36,532 nucleotides of DNA from Polyangiaceae bacterium. Lineage in GTDB: Bacteria > Myxococcota_A > Polyangia > Polyangiales > Polyangiaceae. Below are positions 1 to 9,138 of this stretch, piece after piece; within the stretch, counting starts at the first letter, position 1, and each line of letters starts with the position of its first letter. The position numbers and the translations under genes are program-made. Below the pieces are notes generated by a model. The model was not told the DNA's origin. It made no database searches and saw only the letters and a program-made list of their open reading frames with translations. Location: positions 1 to 36,532 of the forward strand of contig JAPSGB010000043.1 in the NCBI GenBank assembly GCA_035063585.1, read 5' to 3'.

Positions 1-121
1 CTGCGGCCGACGGCGCGCTCTCTGCGGCCGACGGCGCGCTCTCTGCGGCCGACGGCGCGCTCTCTGCGGCCGACGGCGCGCTCTCTGCGGCCGACGGCGC
101 GCTCTCTGCGGCCGACGGCGC
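1..121 (-). repeat. 21-bp tandem repeat (CTGCGGCCGACGGCGCGCTCT x5.8) encoding (APSAAES)n in the kinase C-terminus; truncated by the window edge
   Basis: Five exact copies plus a 16-nt partial copy, read directly; in frame with the minus-strand kinase ORF. Confidence 0.97.
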
Positions 122-1537
122 AGCACGCTCAGCCTCTCCGCGACCGCTCCGCGCGGTCGCGCGAATCGCCACGACGCCGAGCACCACCGCGACGAGCGCG
201 CCGCCGAGCGCGACCGCCGCGCCGACCCACTGCTTCGCGCGCGGCGGCGCGGCCGGCACGGGTCGAGCCGCGACCGGCGGTGGGGTCTCGGCCGCCGAGG
301 GCGGGAGCGGTACCGCCGTGCGAGTCGGTTCCGGCTCGGGGAGCCGACGCGACACCACGCCGAGCTCCTCGAGCGTCAACGTGCGGTTCGGATCGGGCGG
401 CGAATCGCTCGCGCGCTTCGGAAACGCGACGCCCTCCATCCTCAGCGTCCCAAAACTCATCGGCTCGACGCGGGTCGCGCCCGAGTCGGGCGCGAGCGTC
501 GAGGACGCGATGGTCGCCGCGAGGGCGAGCGGGTCCATCCGCAGCGTCTGTCCCGGTCCGAGCGCCGGCGGACGCTCGGATCCGCGGGCGGCCACGCCGT
601 CGGGGCGCGTGCCGGGCAGGGAGGCGGGCGGCGGCGACGACCGGCGCACCGCAGGCCCCGGCGGCCGCCACGCGGGCGCCGCGCCCGCGGCGAGCCGCCG
701 GAGCAGGTCCGCGACGGGCCGCGCGCTCGCCGGCCGCTCTCGCGGATCCTTGAGCAACATCGCGGCCACCACGTCGTCGAGCTCGCGCGGCACCCCGAAC
801 GCGACGCTCGAGAGGCGCGGCGGCGGGCGCGTCAGGTGCGCGAGCAAGATCCGATCCGCCTCCGCGTCGATGAACGGACCGACGCCAGCCACCATCTCGA
901 AGAGCACGAGCCCGGTCGCGTAGAGATCGGTCCGCAAGTCCACGCGGTCGCCCCGCACCTGCTCGGGTGACATGTAGCGCGGCGTGCCGATGGCGACGCC
1001 CCGCGCCGTGATCACGTCGGCGCGCGTGTCGGCGATCTTGGCGACCCCGAAATCGAGCAGCTTTACCCCGCCCGCGCTGGTGAGAAAGATGTTCGGGGGC
1101 TTCACGTCGCGGTGCACGATGCCGATCTCGTGCGCCGCGACGAGGCCATCGAGGATCCCGCTCCCGATCTCGAGCGCCTCCTCGAGCGGGAGCGGCCCCA
1201 TGCGCGCGAGGCGCGCCGAGAGCGTCTCGCCTTCGAGCCGCTCCATCACATAGAACGGCACCCCGGTGCCGCTGGTGCCGGCGTCGGTCACCCCGACGAT
1301 GTTCGGGTGCTCGAGCCGCGCGAGCGCGCGCCACTCCTGCCGGAGCCGCGCGACCAGATCCTCGCGCTGGGCGAGCTCGCGCTGCATCGCCTTCAACACG
1401 AAGCGCTTGCCGAGCTCGACGTGCTCCACCTCATAGACCGCGCCCATCCCTCCCTCACCGATGAGGGCGACCACGCGATAACGCGTGCCGGCGATGGCCT
1501 CGCCGTCCTCGAACTCTCGGAGCGCGCCCCGTCCCAT
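1..1537 (-). CDS. Membrane-anchored Hanks-type Ser/Thr protein kinase, 3' end outside the window
   Basis: Manual translation from ATG 1537 (absent from the ORF track because there is no stop): IGEGGMGAVY, VLK, HPNIV, HRDVKPPN, DFG, GTPRYMSPE; Pro-rich linker; TM segment WVGAAVALGGALVAVVLGVVAI; APSAAES repeats. Confidence 0.95.
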   Translation of the reverse strand, partial: MGRGALREFEDGEAIAGTRYRVVALIGEGGMGAVYEVEHVELGKRFVLKAMQRELAQREDLVARLRQEWRALARLEHPNIVGVTDAGTSGTGVPFYVMERLEGETLSARLARMGPLPLEEALEIGSGILDGLVAAHEIGIVHRDVKPPNIFLTSAGGVKLLDFGVAKIADTRADVITARGVAIGTPRYMSPEQVRGDRVDLRTDLYATGLVLFEMVAGVGPFIDAEADRILLAHLTRPPPRLSSVAFGVPRELDDVVAAMLLKDPRERPASARPVADLLRRLAAGAAPAWRPPGPAVRRSSPPPASLPGTRPDGVAARGSERPPALGPGQTLRMDPLALAATIASSTLAPDSGATRVEPMSFGTLRMEGVAFPKRASDSPPDPNRTLTLEELGVVSRRLPEPEPTRTAVPLPPSAAETPPPVAARPVPAAPPRAKQWVGAAVALGGALVAVVLGVVAIRATARSGRGEAERAAPSAAESAPSAAESAPSAAESAPSAAESAPSAAESAPSAA

Positions 1538-1562
1538 CGGCCCCAGCGAGGGTATCGCGTCG

Positions 1563-2996
1563 TCAGAGCTCCGTCGACTGTTCGGCCTCGTCGACGCTGG
1601 CCGCGGCGCCTTCGAGCGGCCGCACCGGCAAGAGTCTGCGCCCCGCGACGAGCCCCACCACGCCGGCGGCCAGCGAGCCGAGCAGGATGGCGAGCTTCGC
1701 GATGCCCAGGTGCGACGCGTCGGCGAAGGCGAGCTCCGCGATGAAGAGCGCCATGGTGAAACCGACGCCCGCGACCATCCCGACCACCACGATGCCACGC
1801 GTGTCGACCCCGCGCGGGAGCGAGCAGAGCCCGACCCGGACCGTGAGCCAGGTCATGAGCACGATGCCGACCGGCTTGCCGACGAAGAGCCCGAGCGCGA
1901 CGCCGGCGAGCACGGTCGCGCCGCTCGGGATACCGAGCTCGAGCGAGCCGACGCGGACCCCGGCGTTGGCGAGCGCGAAGAGCGGCATGATCCCGAAGGC
2001 GACCCAGGGGTTCAGCGCGCTCTCGAGCCGCACCACCGGCGCGAGCGCCTCGCGACGCGCGCGCGCGAGCCGCTCGAGCGGCCCGGTGAGCTCGTGCGCG
2101 TCCGCGTCGGGGCGCGCGGCGCGCTCTGCGAAGTCGGCGAGCGCGGCGCGCGCCTCCGCGACGAAGCCCGCGCGGCCGAACCACGCCTGCACCGGCGTGA
2201 GCAGCCCGAGCGCGACTCCCGCGATGGTCGGGTGCACGCCGCTCGCCAGCAGCCCGCCCCAGATGATCGCGCCGGGCAGCACGTAGAGCGCGGCGCGCCG
2301 CAGCCCGAGCCGCTGCATGAGCCAAACCCCTGCCGCGCCGCCGGCCGCGACGACGAGCCCCAGCACCTGCACGCCGCTCGAGTAGAAGAGGGCGATGATG
2401 ACGATGGCGCCGATGTCGTCGATGATGGCGAGCGCGAGCAGCAGCACGCGAAGCGCGGGCGGCACGCGGCGACCGAGCAGCGCCAGCACCCCGACCGCGA
2501 ACGCGATGTCGGTAGCCGTCGGCACGCCCCAGCCGTGGTGAGCGACGCCGGCGTGGTTCAACGAGAAATAGATGAGCGCGGGCGCGAGCATCCCGCCGAG
2601 CGCGGCGGCCGCGGGCAGCGCGGCGCGGCGCGGATCGCTGAGCTCGCCCGCGTGGAGCTCGCGGCGGATCTCGAGTCCCACCACGAAGAAGAAGACGACC
2701 ATGAGGACGTCGTTGATGAGAAAATGGAGATCGCCTCGAAGCACGAGCTCACCCACGCCGAGCGTGAGCGGCGTGCGCCATAGCCGCTCGTAGCTCGCGT
2801 GCCACGGGGAATTGGCCCACCCGAGCGCCACCACCGCGGCGAGCATGAGCACGATCCCGCTGGCCGTCTGCACGCGCAGGAAGCGCTCGAGCGGACGAAC
2901 CACGAGCGTGAGCGCCGCCGCCCGCGCGGGCGCCCACGCCCCCGGCGGAGGACGGTCGCCCGGCGGCTCCGACGCGCGCTCTGCCACGGAGCTCAC
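1563..2996 (-). CDS. nhaA: Na+/H+ antiporter NhaA
   Basis: [68 protein letters not shown] motifs; GTG start overlaps the upstream TGA. Confidence 0.96.
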   Translation of the reverse strand: MSSVAERASEPPGDRPPPGAWAPARAAALTLVVRPLERFLRVQTASGIVLMLAAVVALGWANSPWHASYERLWRTPLTLGVGELVLRGDLHFLINDVLMVVFFFVVGLEIRRELHAGELSDPRRAALPAAAALGGMLAPALIYFSLNHAGVAHHGWGVPTATDIAFAVGVLALLGRRVPPALRVLLLALAIIDDIGAIVIIALFYSSGVQVLGLVVAAGGAAGVWLMQRLGLRRAALYVLPGAIIWGGLLASGVHPTIAGVALGLLTPVQAWFGRAGFVAEARAALADFAERAARPDADAHELTGPLERLARARREALAPVVRLESALNPWVAFGIMPLFALANAGVRVGSLELGIPSGATVLAGVALGLFVGKPVGIVLMTWLTVRVGLCSLPRGVDTRGIVVVGMVAGVGFTMALFIAELAFADASHLGIAKLAILLGSLAAGVVGLVAGRRLLPVRPLEGAAASVDEAEQSTEL

Positions 2997-3544
2997 AGGA
3001 GCGCGGAGAGGATGAAGATGAACCCGAACACCAGCGACGCGACCAGGTTCAGGCTGCCGAGCACGAGCCCCGTGATCGCCATGTTGCGGCCGCCGACCGC
3101 GGCGGGGTTCGCCTTCTGCGCCTTCATCGCCATGAGCCCCGCGATGATCGCGGTCACACCGGTGAGCGGGCCGAGGCAGAGCAGCGCGCCGCAGACGACC
3201 GCGACCACGGCGGCGGTGCTGGCGGGCGGCTTCTCACCGTGCAGGAGCCCGGTGGTCGGATCGACCTCCATCGCGTAGAGCGCCATGGTCTGCGGGCTGC
3301 CCGTGATGGGCTTCGCGGCGGGCGGCGGCGCGCCGTAACCGCCCGGCGGCGCGCCGTAGCCGCCTGGAGGCGCGCCGTAGCCGCCCGGAGGCCCACCATG
3401 ACCGCCTGGCGGCCCGCCGTAGCCGCCCGGCGGCGGGTAACCGCCCGGCGGAGCACCCGGCGGCGGATGACCGCCCGGCGGCGGACCCCAGCCACCTCCC
3501 TGCGCGCGCATCGGCGCCCACGGCTCTCTCTCTCCGAGCGACAT
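2993..3544 (-). CDS. DUF4190-like membrane protein with Gly/Pro/Tyr-rich N-terminus
   Basis: PPGGYGAPP repeats, then two TM helices with the [12 protein letters not shown] signature typical of DUF4190. Confidence 0.8.
   Translation of the reverse strand: MSLGEREPWAPMRAQGGGWGPPPGGHPPPGAPPGGYPPPGGYGGPPGGHGGPPGGYGAPPGGYGAPPGGYGAPPPAAKPITGSPQTMALYAMEVDPTTGLLHGEKPPASTAAVVAVVCGALLCLGPLTGVTAIIAGLMAMKAQKANPAAVGGRNMAITGLVLGSLNLVASLVFGFIFILSALL
3322..3485 (-). repeat. Imperfect ~21-bp coding repeats (PPGG[YH]G[AG])
   Basis: GGYGAPP x3 plus related GGYGGPP and GGHGGPP units in the translation. Confidence 0.8.
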
Positions 3545-3636
3545 ACGAGCCGGTATACAGCCTCTCCGCCGGCAAATACAGGGGCGACCGGCGCTCGGCT
3601 GGTCCGCCCGGAGGCCGCGATCTAGGCTCCCCGCCG

Positions 3637-3930
3637 ATGTCCCTCACCCGCGAGGAGGTCCTACGCGCCGCGCGGCTCGCGCGCTTGGAGCTCACCGAGC
3701 CGGAGATCGCGCGCTTCATCGGCGAGCTCGACCGAATCGTCGCCTACGTCGGCGAGCTCGCCGCGCTCGACGCGACGAGCTCCGCGCTCACCGCGCGCGC
3801 CGCGGTCGACGACGCGCCGCTCCGCGACGACGCGCACCGCGCGAGCCTCCCGCACGACGCCGTGCTCGCGGCCGCGCCGCGCGCCGCCGGTGGCGCCTTC
3901 GCGGTCCCCGCCTTCGTGGAAGAGCCGTGA
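3637..3930 (+). CDS. gatC: Asp/Glu-tRNA amidotransferase subunit C
   Basis: LTREEVLRAARLARLEL, PLRDD, AP...FAVP; 97 aa; coupled to gatA. Confidence 0.93.
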   Translation: MSLTREEVLRAARLARLELTEPEIARFIGELDRIVAYVGELAALDATSSALTARAAVDDAPLRDDAHRASLPHDAVLAAAPRAAGGAFAVPAFVEEP

Positions 3931-5432
3931 CCACCTCTCTGCTCGATCTGCCGATCGGTGAGCTCGCGGAGGGGGTGAAGGGGGGTCGGTTCGGCGCGGA
4001 AGAGCTCGTCGAGGAGAGCCTTCGGCGGATCGAGGCCGGCCGCGAGCTCGGCGCGTTCCTCCACGTGTCCGCCGAGGCGGCCCGCCGCGCCGCGCGGGAG
4101 CTCGACGCGCGCCGCGCGCGCGGCGAGGCGCTCGGACCGCTCGCCGGCGTGCCCGTCGCGGTGAAGGACTCGCTCTGCACCCTCGACGCCCCGACCACCT
4201 GCGCGTCGCGGATCCTCGAGCGCGCGCCCGGGGACGGCTGGCGCTCGCCGTACGACGCGACCGCGGTCGCGCGCCTGCGCGCCGCCGACGCGGTCATCAT
4301 CGGCAAGACCAACCTCGACGAGTTCGCGATGGGCTCGTCCACCACCACGGGCGCGTTCGGTCCTGCGCTAAGCCCCTGGGATCGGACCCGCGTCGCGGGC
4401 GGCTCGAGCGGCGGCAGCGCGGTGAGCGTGGCTGCCGGCCTCACCCCGGGCGCGCTCGGCAGCGACACCGGCGGCTCCGTCCGCCAGCCGGCGGCGCTCT
4501 CGGGCGTCCTCGGCGTGAAGCCGAGCGCGGGGCGCGTGTCGCGGTACGGGCTGGTCGCGTTCGCCTCGAGCCTGGACCAGATCGGCCCGCTCGCCCGAGA
4601 CGCGCGGAGCGCCGCGCTCCTGCTCGAGGTGATCGCCGGCGCCGATCCGTCCGACAGCACCTCGGCGCGCCGTCCGGTCGGGCGCTACCAGGCCGCGTGC
4701 GACGCGGAAGCGCGCGGGCTCCGCGTCGGCGTGCCCGCCGAGTACTTCGCGGAGGGCCTCGACCCGCTGGTCCGCGCGAGCGTGGAGGCCGCGCTGAAGG
4801 GGCTCGAGGCGGCGGGGATGACGCTCGAGCCGGTAGCGCTTCCGCACACGCGCTACGGCGTGGCGACCTACTACGTCCTCGCGACTGCGGAGGCGTCGAG
4901 CAACCTCGCGCGCTTCGACGGTGTGCGGTTCGGACGGCGCGACGAGCGCCCGGGCGACGAGCTCTCCGCGCTCTATGGACGCACCCGCGCGGCCGGCTTC
5001 GGCGCCGAGGTGAAGCGCCGCATCCTGCTCGGCACCTACGTGCTCTCGGCGGGCTACTACGACGCCTACTACGTGAAGGCCGAGCGCGCGCGCGCGCTCA
5101 TCCAGCAGGATTTCGACCGCGCCTTCGCCCGGGTGGACGTCATCGCCACGCCGGCGAGCCCAACCCCGGCGTGGCGGCTCGACGAGCACCCCGACGACCC
5201 GCTCGCCGCCTACCTCGCCGACGCCTACACCCTGCCGGCGAGCCTGGCGGGCCTCGCGGGCCTGAGCGTGCCCTGCGAGCCCACGCCGGCGAGCGCGACG
5301 CGGCCGGCGCTGCCGGTCGGGCTCCAGCTCCTCGCCCCGGCGTTCGCCGAGGAGCGGCTCTTCACCGTCGCCGCCGCCTGGGAGCGACTGTCCCCGGCCC
5401 CGCGCCGCCGCCCGCCGGAGGCGGGCGGGTGA
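3927..5432 (+). CDS. gatA: Asp/Glu-tRNA amidotransferase subunit A
   Basis: AVKD, GKTNLDEFAMGSS, GGSSGGS, GSDTGGSVRQPA, EVKRRILLGTYVLSAGYYDAYY. Confidence 0.97.
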   Translation: MTTSLLDLPIGELAEGVKGGRFGAEELVEESLRRIEAGRELGAFLHVSAEAARRAARELDARRARGEALGPLAGVPVAVKDSLCTLDAPTTCASRILERAPGDGWRSPYDATAVARLRAADAVIIGKTNLDEFAMGSSTTTGAFGPALSPWDRTRVAGGSSGGSAVSVAAGLTPGALGSDTGGSVRQPAALSGVLGVKPSAGRVSRYGLVAFASSLDQIGPLARDARSAALLLEVIAGADPSDSTSARRPVGRYQAACDAEARGLRVGVPAEYFAEGLDPLVRASVEAALKGLEAAGMTLEPVALPHTRYGVATYYVLATAEASSNLARFDGVRFGRRDERPGDELSALYGRTRAAGFGAEVKRRILLGTYVLSAGYYDAYYVKAERARALIQQDFDRAFARVDVIATPASPTPAWRLDEHPDDPLAAYLADAYTLPASLAGLAGLSVPCEPTPASATRPALPVGLQLLAPAFAEERLFTVAAAWERLSPAPRRRPPEAGG

Positions 5433-6028
5433 GCGCGCCGAGCTTCCACGTAGAGCCGCTCGGGCTCGCGCACCGCGAGCGGCTGCCGGCCCTGTTCGAG
5501 CGCGCCGACTGCGCTTGCTACTGCCGCTACTGGCACTTCGCGGGCACCAGCAACGACTGGGCGCTCCGCATGGCGACCGCGCCGGAGCAGAACCGGCGCG
5601 CGCTCGAGGCGGCCATCGACGCCGGCTCGCTCGAGGCCTCGGGTCTGGTCGCGCTCTCGGACGCCGGCGGCGAGGTCGTCGGGTGGATGAAGCTCGCGCC
5701 CGCGGCGAGCCTGCCGAAGCTCTACGCGCAGCGGCTCTACCGCGGGCTCCCCTGCTTCGAGGGCGAGCGCGGGCACGTCTGGACCATCGGGTGCTTGCTG
5801 GTCGACCCCGGCTGGAGACGGGCGGGCGTGGCTCGCGCGCTCATCGGCGCAGGCGTCGCGTTCGCCCGGGCGCGCGGCGCGACCGCCATCGAGGCGTTTC
5901 CGCGCCGCGCCGACCTCCTCCGACCCGACGAGATGTGGACCGGTCCCTTCTCGGCGCTCGCCGAGCACGGCTTCGCGGTCGTCCATGATTTCAAGCCCTA
6001 TCCGGTGCTCCGGCGAACGCTCGCGTAG
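5429..6028 (+). CDS. GNAT family N-acetyltransferase
   Basis: GTGA overlap with the gatA stop; CYCRYW N-terminal motif; CLLVDPGWRRAGVARALI acetyl-CoA motif A; IEAFP. Confidence 0.88.
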   Translation: MSAPSFHVEPLGLAHRERLPALFERADCACYCRYWHFAGTSNDWALRMATAPEQNRRALEAAIDAGSLEASGLVALSDAGGEVVGWMKLAPAASLPKLYAQRLYRGLPCFEGERGHVWTIGCLLVDPGWRRAGVARALIGAGVAFARARGATAIEAFPRRADLLRPDEMWTGPFSALAEHGFAVVHDFKPYPVLRRTLA

Positions 6029-6034
6029 CCTCGT

Positions 6035-6053
6035 GAGCCCCCGAAGGGGGCTC
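6035..6053. terminator. GC hairpin after the gatCA-GNAT operon (possible terminator or RNA-stabilising stem)
   Basis: GAGCCCCC-GAA-GGGGGCTC perfect 8-bp stem; no U tract. Confidence 0.4.
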
Positions 6054-6117
6054 TGGTGCCGAGGGCGAAGAGCAGTTACGCTGAAAGCATGGCGGAGAGG
6101 CGCCGCCGCCGGGTTCC

Positions 6118-7866
6118 ATGTCGTCCGCGAAGCTCAGGCTGAAGCGACTCGAGTCGATCCTCATCTTGTCCGCGCGCATCACGGGCGAGTCGAGCGGAGG
6201 TCTGCTCGGTGACGCGCTCGACGCGACGCTCGACGCCACCGCGGCGTTCGCCGGCGCCGCCTTCGGGCTCAGCGAGGTGCTCGAGCAGGTCGCCGAGCGC
6301 GGTCTGCCCGCCCTGGGCGACGCGGACCCGATTCGGGGCGCCATGCGGAGCGTCGCACGCCGCGCGGTGACCGGGCTGCGGCCGATCTGGCTCCGCGATC
6401 TTCGCGCCGGGCAGCACGCGGTGAAGGAAGCCGGCGTGCTCGCCGCGGCCGGCGCGCGCGCGGGGCTGGTGCTCCCCATCAGCTACCGCCGCACCGCGCT
6501 CGGCGCGCTGGTCCTGCTCTTCGACGATCCGGCGGAGCTCGACGAGGAGACCGCCGGCTTCTGCGAGACCGTCGCGCACGTGCTCGCGCTCGCGCTCGAT
6601 CGCGAGCGGCTGGGCGACGCCGAGGCGGCCCGCCGCGCCGAGGCGGAGCGCGCGGAGCGGCGCGCGACGACCGGGCTGCTCGCCGCGAGCGTCGCGCACG
6701 AGCTGCACGCGCCGGTCGGGGCGCTCGTGCTCCAGCTCGAGGAGCAGGAGAACCTCTTGCGCCAGCTCGAGCTGCTCGGCGGCCCGAGCGACACCGCGCT
6801 CGGGGTCGTGGTCGCCGAGCTCACCGAGCTCACCCGCGACATCGGCGCGGCGGTGGCCCACCTCCGCCGCACGGCCGAGCAGCTCGCGAGCAACGAGCGA
6901 CGGCAGCAGCCCCCCGAGCCGATCGATCTATCCACGGTGGTGCGCGACGCGCTCGCGGTCGCCCGCCCGCACCTCGAGCGGCGCGGCATCGAGCTCATCG
7001 AGCAGCTCACCCCGGGCTGCACGACCACCGGGCAGCCGGACGACCTCGGTCAGGTGGTGCTGAACCTGGTCTTCAACGCCGCCGAGGCGTGCGAGCGCGC
7101 GGCGCGGCCGCACCCGCAGGTCACGGTACGGACCGTCGAGGGGCCGCTCCACACCATGCTGGCGGTCGATGACAACGGCCCGGGGGTGGCCGATCCGAAG
7201 CTCATCTTCCAGCCTTTCTACACCACCAAGAGCGACGGCCGCGGGGTGGGGCTCGGGCTCAAGATCTGCAGCGAGGTGGTCGCCGCACACGGCGGGCACG
7301 TCGAGGTCGTATGCCGCCCCGAGGGCGGCGCGTCGTTCCAGGTGTTCCTGCCGCGCCCGGAGGAGGAGAGCGGCGTGTACGCGGTCGCGCCCTCGGCGCC
7401 GCCCACCGCGAGCCCGAAGCCGCTCCGCTCCGATAGCCGGCGCTCGATCTTGGTGGTGGACGACGACCCGCTGCTCTCGCGCTCGCTCCGGCGAAGCTTG
7501 CGCGGGCACGAGGTGCGCACCTGCTCCACCGCTTCCGAGGCCGAGATCATGCTGCTCGGCCACGGCTATCGCCCCGACGTCATCCTCTGCGACGTCTTCC
7601 TGCCGGGCGCCAACGGCAACGCGCTCCACTCGCGGATCGTGGAGCGAGATCCCGAGCTCGCGAGCCGCTTCATCTTCATGACGGGCGGCGCGCTCGGCAA
7701 ACAGGAGGCCGACTACATCCGGCGCTCCGAGTGCCGGACTTTGTTCAAGCCGCTCGGGCTCGAGGACGTGCGCGACCTCGTCGAGCCCGTCCCCGACTCG
7801 GCCGGGCGGCGCGCGGTGCGCACGCTCGGCTCGAGCCCGGCGTGGCCGCGAATCCCGAAGCAGTGA
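6118..7866 (+). CDS. Cytoplasmic hybrid sensor histidine kinase (GAF-like, HisKA, HATPase, REC)
   Basis: H-box VAHELHAP, N-box VLNLVFNAAEA, DDNGPG, FQPFYTTK, GVGLGL; receiver ILVVDDD...ILCD...MTGG...FKP. Confidence 0.93.
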   Translation: MSSAKLRLKRLESILILSARITGESSGGLLGDALDATLDATAAFAGAAFGLSEVLEQVAERGLPALGDADPIRGAMRSVARRAVTGLRPIWLRDLRAGQHAVKEAGVLAAAGARAGLVLPISYRRTALGALVLLFDDPAELDEETAGFCETVAHVLALALDRERLGDAEAARRAEAERAERRATTGLLAASVAHELHAPVGALVLQLEEQENLLRQLELLGGPSDTALGVVVAELTELTRDIGAAVAHLRRTAEQLASNERRQQPPEPIDLSTVVRDALAVARPHLERRGIELIEQLTPGCTTTGQPDDLGQVVLNLVFNAAEACERAARPHPQVTVRTVEGPLHTMLAVDDNGPGVADPKLIFQPFYTTKSDGRGVGLGLKICSEVVAAHGGHVEVVCRPEGGASFQVFLPRPEEESGVYAVAPSAPPTASPKPLRSDSRRSILVVDDDPLLSRSLRRSLRGHEVRTCSTASEAEIMLLGHGYRPDVILCDVFLPGANGNALHSRIVERDPELASRFIFMTGGALGKQEADYIRRSECRTLFKPLGLEDVRDLVEPVPDSAGRRAVRTLGSSPAWPRIPKQ

Positions 7867-9134
7867 CCCGCCGCGGACGCTCGCTGGTGGTCGCGGCGTT
7901 CCTCGCCTCGGCCGCGTCGACCGGCTGCCGCGGCTGTCGCGACGGGCGCTCCGCCCGGGGCGACGCCGCGCCTGCGAGCGAAGCCGCGCTGGCGGCGCCC
8001 GCGCCGGTCGCGGTCGACGTCGGCGCGGTGCCGGCGGTCGCGCTCTCGCCCTTCGAGGTCGAGCGCGACCCGGCCGCGGTCGCGCTCCCGCCCGGCTGCG
8101 CCATCATCCCGCCCGTGCGCGTGGCCCCGCTCCCGCCGGAGGCCACCACGCGCTTCCTCACCGGCCGAACCACGCTCGACGCGCTCGTCGTCGGCGAGAC
8201 GCGGGGCGACGCTGCCCGACTCACCGCGCGCGGGGCGGTCGACCTCACGAGCGGCCGGGTCGAACCGCGCATCCCCTGGGCGGTGCCGGACCGGCCGCCC
8301 CTCTTCGAGCGCACGCCCGAGGGCTGGGTGGCGCCGCTCGCGCTCGGCGACGGCGAGAGCACGCGCGCCGTGCTCTGGCGAGAGCACGCGCCCGCCGTGG
8401 AGCTCGCCGCCGGCGACGCCCTCGAGCTCGTCGATCTCGCCTGTTCGGCAGGACGCTGCGCGGTGCTCACCACCCGCGCACGCGCCTCGGCGCTGCCCGG
8501 CGCGACGCTCTTGCGCGGCGCGACCGGAGCCGCGAGCCCGGCCTTCACCCGCGTCGATCTCGAGCCGGAAGGCGCGGGGCTCACCCCGTTCGCGCTCGCC
8601 GGCTTCGACGGCGCCGCCGACGCGGCTTGGGTGGCGCTCGCCGCGCCCACCGAGGTCGCGCTCTGGCGCGTAGAGGGCGCGAACGCGCGGCTCCGCCGCA
8701 CCGACGCGACCCCGTTCGGCGCTTATGACGCGGTGGCGACCGCGGCCGGACCGCTCGTGATCGCGCCGGGCCAGCCGCGCGACGCGGCCTGCTCGAGCGA
8801 GGGGTTTCGACTGGTGCTCCTCGGCCCGAAGGGCGCGCCCGGCTCGGTGCGGCTGGTGGCACCGCCGGTCGGCGTCATCGCGCGCCCGCTCGCGCGAGGT
8901 GCGCTCGTCGCGTGGGTCGCGCCGGAGCACTGCCGCGCCACGCGCCGCATGGTCGTCCACGCGCTCCTCGTCGACGACGACGGCGCGCCCGTCGGCGCGC
9001 CCATGGCGGTGACCCCGGGCGCCGGCTTCGCGCTCGCGACCCGCGGCGACGAGCTCTCGCTCTGGGTGCGGAGCGACCACGGGCTCACCTGGCTGCGCGG
9101 TCGCTGCGCGGCGCCTGCGGGCGACGGCGGCTGA
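7863..9134 (+). CDS. Hypothetical exported protein, probable lipoprotein
   Basis: GTGA overlap with the kinase stop; basic N-terminus, hydrophobic stretch, then STGC; several Cys pairs. Confidence 0.7.
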   Translation: MTRRGRSLVVAAFLASAASTGCRGCRDGRSARGDAAPASEAALAAPAPVAVDVGAVPAVALSPFEVERDPAAVALPPGCAIIPPVRVAPLPPEATTRFLTGRTTLDALVVGETRGDAARLTARGAVDLTSGRVEPRIPWAVPDRPPLFERTPEGWVAPLALGDGESTRAVLWREHAPAVELAAGDALELVDLACSAGRCAVLTTRARASALPGATLLRGATGAASPAFTRVDLEPEGAGLTPFALAGFDGAADAAWVALAAPTEVALWRVEGANARLRRTDATPFGAYDAVATAAGPLVIAPGQPRDAACSSEGFRLVLLGPKGAPGSVRLVAPPVGVIARPLARGALVAWVAPEHCRATRRMVVHALLVDDDGAPVGAPMAVTPGAGFALATRGDELSLWVRSDHGLTWLRGRCAAPAGDGG

Positions 9135-9138
9135 GCGC

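Noticed and set aside
1..121. Terminal repeats (here and at 36251-36532) as CRISPR arrays or telomere-like ends
   Set aside because: No spacers; the periods are multiples of 3 and in frame with proteins; most likely coding VNTRs at which the assembly broke.
129..1334. 401-aa minus-strand ORF in the track
   Set aside because: Arg/Ala-rich shadow frame; the real gene is the kinase in another frame (ATG 1537) that runs off the window edge.
2333..2349. 17-nt match to the dispersed repeat inside nhaA
   Set aside because: Pure G/C, short, and inside a conserved TM-coding region; compatible with chance.
6054..6100. Minus-strand fragments resembling tRNA 3' ends (CCTCGGCACCA, CCTCTCCGCCA)
   Set aside because: Only 11 nt each, with no T-loop or cloverleaf and no adjacent integrase; chance is sufficient.
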